A stretch of 64,000 nucleotides of DNA from Trinickia sp. (lineage in GTDB: Bacteria > Pseudomonadota > Gammaproteobacteria > Burkholderiales > Burkholderiaceae). The DNA is taken from NCBI RefSeq assembly GCF_051953955.1, contig NZ_JBQCIF010000015.1, positions 77,017 to 141,016 of the forward strand. The letters run 5' to 3'. The number at the start of each line of letters is the position of its first letter. Position 1 is the stretch's first letter. This document shows, one piece after another, positions 31,410-40,200 of the stretch. Position numbers and translations under genes: made by a program. Below the pieces are notes generated by a model. It did not search any database, was not told the origin of the DNA, and saw nothing but the letters and a program-made list of their open reading frames with translations.

Positions 31410-31778
31410 ATGACTGCCCATCTTGAACTCGTCGACCGCTATTTTGCCGCTTGGAACGAAATGGATGCCGTGCGCCGGCGCGCGTTGATCGCGGACACTT
31501 GGGCCGAGGATGCGTCCTATGTCGATCCGCTGCTTGCGGGGAAGGGGCACGACGGCATCGACGCGATGATCGGTGCGGTGCACGAACGATTTCCGCAACA
31601 TCGATTTCGGTTGAATGCGGGAGCCGACGGATTCGGCAACTACGTTCGGTTTTCCTGGGATCTCGTGGCGCCAGGCGGGGAAGCGATCGTGAAAGGTTCG
31701 GATTTTGGGGTGATTGACGCGGCCGGCAGGTTCGCCAGCGTCACCGGGTTCTTGGACGCGGTGCCGCAGCCGGTATGA
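31410..31778 (+). CDS. SnoaL/NTF2-like fold protein
   Basis: ATG at 31410 after 'ggagaaag'. 'LVDRYFAAWNEMD…RRALIADTWAEDASYVDPL' is a typical SnoaL-like N-terminus. Confidence 0.65.
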   Translation: MTAHLELVDRYFAAWNEMDAVRRRALIADTWAEDASYVDPLLAGKGHDGIDAMIGAVHERFPQHRFRLNAGADGFGNYVRFSWDLVAPGGEAIVKGSDFGVIDAAGRFASVTGFLDAVPQPV

Positions 31779-31906
31779 GGTGAAGTCGATCGGGCGCGAA
31801 GTGGCACCCCCGGCAACAGCAGACGCCACACCGACCGCCGAAAGTACGCCTACGGCGTCCGCGCCATCCTTCCCAGCCCGAAGCCCGAGGCTTGCCGCGC
31901 ACCTGG

Positions 31907-32581
31907 TCAATCGGACCCGTACCTCGGCGACCTCGGACCATACAACAACCCGTTCGGCGGGCCGGCCGACAATAAACGGCGGCTGGTCAGCCCCGCGACG
32001 TCATGGGCTTCGTCCGTCAGCGAATGGGCAATCTGCTTGACCGCGGACTGCACGAGCATGCCGACAATTCCGAAACCACCCACGTTCACATTGGTGCCGA
32101 GTTCCTTGCCGGTCGCGTGGCCCGTGCCTTGCCATAGCACGTCGCCCGCCTTCAGGTCCACGAGCTTCGCCGATGCCGTCACGATCGTCGTGCTGTCGAT
32201 CACCTGATAGACGGAGCCGTACTGCGAGACCTTCGCGTACAGCGCGGCATCCGCGCCGAAGATCTCGCGCAGCTTCGCGGGCGGCACGCCCTGAATCTCG
32301 GCCGCGTTGGTCAGGCCGTTTTGCTTGAACGTCTCATCCATAACCGCGACTGGAACCACGTAATAGCCCGATTCGGCGAGTGGTAGCGTCATCTGTGACA
32401 ACATGCCGTAAGTGGCCGCGACGTCGGATGTTTCGTTGATAGGCGGCAACACGAGAATCGAGCGCGGCTGGCTCTTCTTGAAGGCCGTGTAGTCGGGGCG
32501 CGTGACGGTCGGCGCACAAGCGCTCAGCAGAGCAGCAATCGACAGCACTGACAGCAGCTTCAATGAAATGGTCTTGAACAT
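31907..32581 (-). CDS. DUF799 (GNA1162-like) lipoprotein
   Basis: Lipobox 'ALLSAC'. 'SILVLPPINETSDVAATYGMLSQMTLPLAESGYYVVPVAVMDETFKQNG' matches my memory of the DUF799 family. Third gene of a lipoprotein operon. Confidence 0.75.
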   Translation of the reverse strand: MFKTISLKLLSVLSIAALLSACAPTVTRPDYTAFKKSQPRSILVLPPINETSDVAATYGMLSQMTLPLAESGYYVVPVAVMDETFKQNGLTNAAEIQGVPPAKLREIFGADAALYAKVSQYGSVYQVIDSTTIVTASAKLVDLKAGDVLWQGTGHATGKELGTNVNVGGFGIVGMLVQSAVKQIAHSLTDEAHDVAGLTSRRLLSAGPPNGLLYGPRSPRYGSD

Positions 32582-32591
32582 GGCTGGCGTC

Positions 32592-32951
32592 TCACTCCTG
32601 AGTGGCTTGTTTCTTCTTCATCAGGAAGTCCATAAAGGCCGTCGACTCCGCAAACAGCTGTCTTTCAGCCTGCAGTTCCTGTTCGGCACGATGCTCATCC
32701 CCAACGCTCACGTAGAGCATGCCGAGATGCGCATGGAAACCCGGAGGCGTCTGATTGCCTTTCCCGCGGATTTCTTGCAGTGCCTTTTCAAGCGCGTCAA
32801 TCTGCTCCTGCGGTGACGTCTTTCCTTTGAAGTATTCGTATACCTGCGGCTGATAGGCGTTCCACTGATAGAGCGGCGGCGTAGTCGTCGTTGCACAGCC
32901 CGAAAACAGTAACGCAGCCGTCGTCGCCGGCAGCCAAATACCCTCTTTCAT
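32592..32951 (-). CDS. DUF4810-like small lipoprotein
   Basis: Lipobox 'LLFSGC'. 119 aa and helical/TPR-like ('…HAHLGMLYVSVGDEHRAEQELQAERQLF'). It sits between the CsgG-like and DUF799 genes, as is usual for this family. Confidence 0.65.
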   Translation of the reverse strand: MKEGIWLPATTAALLFSGCATTTTPPLYQWNAYQPQVYEYFKGKTSPQEQIDALEKALQEIRGKGNQTPPGFHAHLGMLYVSVGDEHRAEQELQAERQLFAESTAFMDFLMKKKQATQE

Positions 32952-32996
32952 CTTCTTTTACTCTCAGGTTATGTAGTAGAACGAATCGTATGGTGT

Positions 32997-33674
32997 CTAT
33001 TGCGCTGTTTTCAGCGCGCCCGCGTCGACCTGCTCGGCGAGATGGTTGACCGCTTGCTGAATCGCGAGGTCGAGCACTTTGCCGTTGAGCGTGGAGTCGT
33101 AGCTCGCGGTACCGCCGAAGCCGATGATTTCGCGATTGGAGAGGCTAAACTCGCCTGCTCCCTGGCTCGACGCGATCACTTCGGATGTGATTGTGTCGAC
33201 GATGTTCAAATTGACCTTCGCATACGCGACTTGTGTCTTACCGCGGCCGAGGATGCCGAACAGCTCATGATCACCGACGTCTCTGCGGCCGAACTCGGTC
33301 ACGTCGCCAGTGACGACATAATTCGCGCCTTTGACCGCCGGCGCCTTGTTCATGAAACCCGCTTCCTGCCTGATCTCCTCGAGATTCTCGCGATCGAGCA
33401 CGTTGAAGCGCCGGCTCTGCTGCAGGCGCGTAACGAGAATTGTCTTCGCCTGGCCACCGAGACGATCGATGCCATCGGAGAAGATGCCGCGCATGTAGCT
33501 CGAACGGTTATCGAACTTGCCGACAGCGATCGGGAGGGGCTTGCCCGCGTAGGGCTTCTGTGCGCTGCCGACGACAGGCACGTCGAGCGTGCGAGACGAT
33601 TCGGTTGCGCACGCGCTCAACCCGAGAGCGAGAACGGCTGCGGTTATAACTGGGTACTTTCCACGTCTACTCAT
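32997..33674 (-). CDS. CsgG/HfaB-family outer-membrane lipoprotein
   Basis: Lipobox 'ALGLSAC'. 'PIAVGKFDNRS…GGQAKTILVTRLQQSRRFNVLDRENLEEIRQE…' resembles the CsgG secretion-channel family. 'gaggaa' lies upstream of the ATG. Confidence 0.75.
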   Translation of the reverse strand: MSRRGKYPVITAAVLALGLSACATESSRTLDVPVVGSAQKPYAGKPLPIAVGKFDNRSSYMRGIFSDGIDRLGGQAKTILVTRLQQSRRFNVLDRENLEEIRQEAGFMNKAPAVKGANYVVTGDVTEFGRRDVGDHELFGILGRGKTQVAYAKVNLNIVDTITSEVIASSQGAGEFSLSNREIIGFGGTASYDSTLNGKVLDLAIQQAVNHLAEQVDAGALKTAQ

Positions 33675-33758
33675 CCCAAGTTCCTCGTTGGGTTAAAAAT
33701 GCTTTCTGTTATGGGCTAGCCGCGCCTGAATCAGGCGTGCCATCGGCGATTCCCTCAA

Positions 33759-33964
33759 TCACACGACACGCCCTATTGCCCGCCGTTGGGCTGTCGTATC
33801 GCACGCGGAGTACGCTTGCCGGCCGCCGGGCCGGCCATAGCCTTGTTGGAGCGAAGTACAAATCCAGGAATAGTCGAGCGTCAATCCATTTCGTTTGGCA
33901 CATGCTTCCTTGCGTCGATCGACGTCCTTTCTACCGAATGAAGCCGCCGATCAAACCGATCCGC
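33759..33964 (-). pseudogene. Orphan cdiA pretoxin/CT-junction fragment (frameshifted, truncated)
   Basis: It starts about 26 nt after the cdiI-candidate stop. It translates to ADRFDRRLHSVERTSID…, versus the parental ADRFNRQLAPVERASIDRRKEAYAKRNGLTL. A 4-nt deletion shifts the frame, and the corrected frame stops at 33759. Confidence 0.55.
33875..33964. repeat. Copy B of a 90-94-nt direct repeat (partner at 35108-35201 inside cdiA)
   Basis: Hand alignment gives about 77/90 identical positions plus one 4-nt gap. The ends are shared: cgagcgtcaatccatttcg… and …aaaccgatccgc. Confidence 0.85.
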
Positions 33965-33990
33965 CCGTTTTGTGGGATGACTGCGCATGG

Positions 33991-34215
33991 TCAAGAACGC
34001 CGCCCCATGCCCAGGCACGCAGCGAAGACAAATGCGCACATCACCCCTCCCAGAAGTAAGCCGTAGACAAGGATGCCCTTAGCATCCTGTCGGCTCCATT
34101 CATACGCAACGCCGTAAAATAGTTGTACGAGATACACAACAGAAATCTTTATCGACGCCACTCCCAGCAATGAAATAACTAGGGCATACACCGTGAGAAG
34201 TAGAGGCCGCGTCAC
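33991..34215 (-). CDS. cdiI: Candidate CdiI immunity protein (74 aa, two predicted TM helices)
   Basis: The GTG start overlaps the cdiA stop (GTGA). Two hydrophobic stretches are present: 'LLLTVYALVISLLGVASIKISVVYLV' and 'GILVYGLLLGGVMCAFVFAACLG'. GC is 45-47% in the two 60-nt lines I counted. Confidence 0.6.
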   Translation of the reverse strand: MTRPLLLTVYALVISLLGVASIKISVVYLVQLFYGVAYEWSRQDAKGILVYGLLLGGVMCAFVFAACLGMGRRS

Positions 34216-37200
34216 TTTTTCCCACCCTCACCGTTTCTGACATTATTGATTCCTGCGGCTCCGAATTCCGATCCAATGCTGCCACCAACCGAAGAACCGA
34301 TTGCTGGCACGTTGTTAGGCGTAAATAGCCTCAATCCAGATGATCCCGACCATTTTCCAACATCGGCCCAACCGAAACCGTTGATCGTCGGTTTCGTGAG
34401 TGATCCGACTCCAGCTTCGACCCCCTTGCCCACACCGTAACCGAACATTGAGCCCGCACCGCTTACAGCCCCACCGAGTACGACACTGTCGCTCTTTCCC
34501 TGCAAGAAGTTGTTGAGCGCCGTTGTTGTCGCGCCTCCGAGGATGTTGAGTCCCACGTTGCTAACGAGGCTGCGATAGATGGAGCCGGCGTAGCCAGTCC
34601 CGAACGCGCCGACTACGTCCACTGGATTGATTGTCCCATTCTGCATGTACTGCGCTCCCGCGTTGATCGTAGCTGTAATTACTCCACTACCGACCGACGA
34701 GGCCAGTGCGCTCGAACCGAGCGCACCGTTCGTGCTCAGGATCGGCGTTCCAGGCAATGCGGCAATCGGTCCGCCTACCGCTATCGTCGCCGCGCCAACT
34801 GCCGCCCCGATTGTGCCCTTCGTGTAGGCATCGCGATACGCCTGCTCGCGATTCACCGAATTCGCGATGTCTTGCGACCCCGGCACGTTCATGCCGGCGC
34901 CGTTCGCGTAATGCCCCGCGTACATACTCGGATTCGCCTTCTGATCAGGCGTCGCATAAAACATATAGCCGGGCCCGCTATTGCCATCAGCCGGGAGCAT
35001 TCCGCGTTCTTGACGCAAGAATGCCGCAGCGCGCTCATTCCATGGCCCGGGTGAGCCGTTCTGAACCATCAGATTCGCTTGTGTTAGAAGCTCCTGTTCC
35101 GCTTGTGCGAGCGTCAATCCATTTCGCTTGGCATACGCTTCCTTGCGTCGATCGATCGACGCCCTTTCCACCGGAGCCAACTGCCGGTTAAACCGATCCG
35201 CAGCAGCAGCCGTCAGCGCCCCCGTCGAGCCACCGACCAACGCGCCCGCGCCACCGGCCAACACGTTCGCGGTGACGTTACCAATGAGTTGATCGACGTT
35301 CGCGTTACCCGTCGGCCCCGCCTCCTTGATCGATCTCGCGAGCGCATCGAACTTCGGCGCGAGCTTAGCCGACATCCCCGCGCCCGCCGCTCCACCTACT
35401 GCGCCCAGTCCGCCGCCGGTCAATCCCCCCGTGAGCGCACCGCCCGCGATATGCAGCTTCCTCCGGTTCGTACCGCCCTCTGCCCAGCTTGCCGCCTCTT
35501 GCTGATATTGCACCTTCAGCTTCGGATCGGTTTCAGCCTTCGCCGCCGTGAGCGCTTCATCCCGCTTTTTCTCGGCATACTTCCCAACCTGCTTAGCAAC
35601 CGCTTCCGCCGCCGCCTGCGCCGCGTCGATCAAATCTGCTTGGTTGCTCAAGGTGGCCTGCAAATCCGGCAGTTGATCGACGATCCCGTTCAGGTTCGTC
35701 GCATCGCGGTTGAGCATCGCAATGTCTTGCTTTTGGTTGGCCTCATCGGTGATCGTGATGCCGCCCGCGCTTATCGCACTCCTCGTGAGCGCCTCACTGC
35801 TTCCGCGCTCGCTCACCGCCAGCGGCAGCGCGCCACCTGAGTTCTTGCCCGAGCTCGGCCCATGCGTCGCGTAGTTGCTGCCACCATCGCCGAAACCACC
35901 GCCCGCGCTGATCCCAACGCTGCGCGCGCTGTAACTTGAACTGTTTTGCACGTCCGAGAACGAGAGCGTGCCCGTCCTCAATCTGTTTTTATCTGGGTCC
36001 GCCGTGCTCGCGATATACGTCCCCTTCAAATCGGTGTTGCCCTTGACCGTAATGTCGAAACCGCCGTCGCCCACGGCAATGCCCGACTGCTCGCCTACAC
36101 CGGCGTAGTTTCCGCTTGCGCGACCACTGCGAGCGCTGAAGCTGGCGCTGCCTCCGCCCTGGCTCACGCTGAAGCCGCCGCCCACGCTGCTCTGGCGCGA
36201 GGCGCTGCGCACCGTGTCCTGCTCCGATGCGATATTCAAATCGCCGCCGATGTCCCCCATCACCCGCTTCGCGCTCACATTGGCGCCCACGATGTTCGTG
36301 TCGCCCCCGCTCTTGATCGTCACCGTGTTGCCCGCCTGAACATGCGTGTTGTTGTGCGTCACCGCATCGCTGTTCGCATCGCCCTTTGCCCGCGACATCG
36401 CAGCCGATACGCCCCAACCACTCGATCCAAACGACACACCGGCGCTCGCACTCGTCGACTCGTTCGTGCTGCGCGTCTTATCCGTATCGGTGCTGCTCAG
36501 CAAATTGACTCGATCGGTCGCTTGCAACAGCACGTCACCCGCCGTCACCGCCGAGCCCTCGATCGTCACGTTGCCTTGCCCCGCCGCCTTCTCGCCCGTC
36601 GCGATGAATGCAGCGCGTCCACCGGCCCTCACCGTGCTGCCGCTCTGCCGCGTACTGTCCTCGGTGAACGTCGTCTTGCTGCGCGACGCACCGAAGCTCA
36701 GTTCGATCTTCGCTTCAGGCTTGCCATTGCCGTTCAAGGGACCGCCCATCGCCCCCGCGGCGCCCGCCAGATCGGCCACGCCGCCGGCTGCCGCCATCGC
36801 ATGCAGCGCCGCCGCGCGCCCATCCCCACTGGCTGCCGCCCCCCGTGCCTGCCGATTGACGTTCTGGATCGCATCGATCACGGGCGACTTCACCGCCAAG
36901 GTGAAGCCCGAGCTTTTCATCTCGTGCGTTTCCTCATGATGGCGCGCCGTGCCCGACGCCTGCACCTTGACCTCCTTGGCGATGCCCGTCACGTCTTGCG
37001 CCGCTAGAATGTCCGAACCCGTCACATGCAGGGTATTGCCGGCTTGCAGCACGACGCTGCCGCCCGTGCTGCCGATCAAGCTGCCCCGTGCGCCCTTCAT
37101 AGTGTCGCGGCTCGAATCGCTCGTTTGATGCGTGCCGTAAGAGATCCCCGCGCCGGCGCTGCCCAAGCCCGACTTCTTGACCTCCTTGTAGTGGTATTCG

Positions 37201-40200
37201 CTCGATGCCGTTTGCGCCGTCGTCACCCTCAAGTCATGACCGGCTTGAAGCGTCACGTCGCCCGTTCCCGCGATCGTCGCGGCCTCTGCCGTCAGGTCGT
37301 TGCCGGCCGCAACGCTGACCGTGTCGCCCGAGAACGTCGTGCCGATCGCATCGGTGTAACTGCTCGCGTCGACCGTATGTGTCGATTTCGACGAGAGCAA
37401 CCCGCGCTCGCTGCTCGCCTGCTCGTCATACGCGCTCGCGCTTTGCTCACCGGCCCGCAGGTTCACGTCGCGCCCCGCGACCGCACCGAGCGCCTGTTGC
37501 GCACTGACGCTTGCCGCCGTCGCGTTCAAATCCCGCCCGGCGACGATCCCGATGCGCCCGCCCGATGTGATGGCCGTGCCCGTATCGATCGATGCGCTGC
37601 GCACCGTTCGGTTCTTCTCGTCCCACTGCACCTGGTCTTCGCGGCTCTGGCGAATGGCGCCCAAGCTCACGTCTCGCGCAGCCGATAGCGATACATCGCC
37701 GCTCGTATCGATCCGGGCGGCATCCGCATTCAGATCGCGCCCGGCTTGCACCGCGAGCGTTCCGGCGTTGATTGCCGCCACGCGATCGATGACGGTGGCC
37801 GATCCGTTCGCCGTCACTGCCGAGCTCGTCGTGCTCGATAGGTTCACATCGCGCCCCGCGCTCAGGCTCACTGCATCGCCTTGAATCAGCCCGCCCAGAT
37901 TGTGAAGATCCTGTTTCGCCTTGGCGCGTACCCTGGAGCCCGCCATCGTCCCCACGTTCGTGATCGAATCGGCCGTGATGATCGTCACGCGTCGGCTCGC
38001 GATCGTGCCTGTGTTCGCCAATGCGCCCTTGTTGCGCAGCTCGACGCTTTCTCCCGCAACGATCGATCCCGTGCCGGTCACGTCCGCCGCATGCGCGCGC
38101 ATATATACCTGCGGCACGAGCACTGCCTGTTGCGTGCCGTCGGACAACGTCACCTCCTTGTTCACCAGCCAGACGATGTCGTCCGTGAGCGCCGCCATCT
38201 GCGCATCGGTGAGCGCCGTGCCGACGTTCATCTGGAAGCGTTCAGCCGCCTTCACGCCATTGGCCATCAACGCCTGGTATTGCGTCTGGTTGTCGGTGTA
38301 GTCGCCGATGAAGCGCTGCCCAGTCGCCTCGACGATCTGCCGCTGGACTAATTGCTGCTCATAAAAGCCGTCGCCCAAGCGCTTTTGCACCGAGCCGGGG
38401 TTTCTACCGAGCGCCGCCATCATCGTCTCGCTCGAGAGCCATTGCCGTCGGTTCGTGAAGCGCGGGTCCGTCTCGATCAGATAACGGCTGCCCGGGTCCG
38501 TCACCACTTGATAGAGCGCATTGCTCGGCAGCTTCACGTTCGGCTGCACCGTGCGGATTTCGATCGGGCCGAGCTTCGCTCGCGCCTGTGCGGTCGCGGC
38601 GGCACCCGGCACCCCGATGCCCGATACGCCCTGCGCAGCCAACGCCTCGGCCAAGACGCGATTAACCGGCGCCTGGTTTGCCGGTGCGACCGAAGCAATA
38701 GGCAAATCGATTTCCCGTGCGGGCATGGGCGCGACATAGGGTTTGGCGTCGAACTTGCGCTCATCGCCACGGAATCTGCGTCCCGATACCCAGGTCGTGA
38801 TCGCGCGGCCCGATGCCGTGAATGTCTCGACGCCCTTGGGCTGACTGTTATCCTGGATGGCGTCGTTCAGGTAGGCTTGGCCGCCCGCCAAGATCTGACT
38901 TTTGTCATTGACGCCCGAACTCGCCTTGATGTCGACGGTTCGCCCCGCCGTGATCCTGCCTGGCTGGCTCGCGATGACGACATCCTTGGTGGACGTTACA
39001 TTGACGTCGTAGGTCGTCCAGCGCGGAGCGATCCGGCTCATCACGTCATTGTTGTAGTCGGACACCGCTCGATTGAGCGCGTCATACGACTGCGTGAGCT
39101 TGCCGTACCACTGGTTGAACGGCCGGCAAAGCTCAGCCGCTGACGTCAAGCACGACTGGCGTTGCGGCATGGCGTTGCCTGTTTGCCGCTCACTGGGCTC
39201 GCTCACGGACGGCACGTTCAGCAAGTACCAGTCGCTGCCTAGCTTGCGCGTGCCCACCCAAGGCGCGCTCACCGTCATCTCGCCTCGCTTGATATAAGAA
39301 GGCTCCGGCGGCGGGGGCGGCGGGGCGACGCCAAACTTCGCCCACATGTCCTCGGGCACCGTCCGGTATGCGCCCGCTTCGCCCGCCCGGTCAGCATCGA
39401 CCTTGACGCCGAAGGGATTGTTCGATGAGCGCGGCGTTGCGCGGTAATGCACCTTCTCGATTTGTCCCGCGTTGCCGTTCATCGTGTACTTCGCGTAGTC
39501 GGCAAACGGATAGGTGCTCGACGGTAGCAGCAATCCCTTCTGATCGTCGTCCAGCGCCCACTCGTAATCGGCGCCGGACTTGGCCTCATGCCCACTGCGG
39601 TGATAGAACCGAACATCGGACGGCTCGAGGCGCTCGGTTGCGCCCGGAACGGTGTGCCAAATCTGCCGCCCCGAATCGGTGGTCACCTTTTGCGTTTGGA
39701 AGTTCGCGTTCACGTTCTCAAAGCGCTCGGCCGCGATCTTGACGTCGCCGCCGGTATCGATCGACGCGCCTTCGTTCCTGAAACGATCCGACAAGACCTT
39801 CGAGGCCCGGCCATCCGCATCGAGGCTGCGCCCCGCCCGAAGGTCGTTCGATGCATAGATCAGGCTCTCGCTGCGATTCTCGATCACCGTTGCACCGATA
39901 TCGACGTCGCCACGCGATGCGATCACCCCGCCCACGCCTTGCGCATTCGCTTGGTTGCGCATGAGCTGGCCACCGATCGAGACCGAATCGCCGTAAATGC
40001 GCCCGTGGTTCGCAACCGTCTCGGCCGCTTCCACACGCGTGGCACCGCCGTCGATCAGGCCTTCGTTAGAGAGCGACTGCCGGGCGAGAACTCGCGTTCC
40101 GTGCGTGCCCGCGATATCCCCGCCTGCCTGGTTATCGATCCGCTCACCGGAGACGCTTGCGACGTTGCCGGCCGTCATCGCGCCGCCGTTATCCACATTG

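Noticed and set aside
33709-33903. 64-aa minus-strand ORF after the orphan cdiA fragment as a possible orphan immunity gene.
   Set aside because: It is simply another reading frame of the cdiA-derived repeat plus GC-rich spacer. It is Arg/Pro/Ala-rich with no TM or other immunity-like features and no SD.
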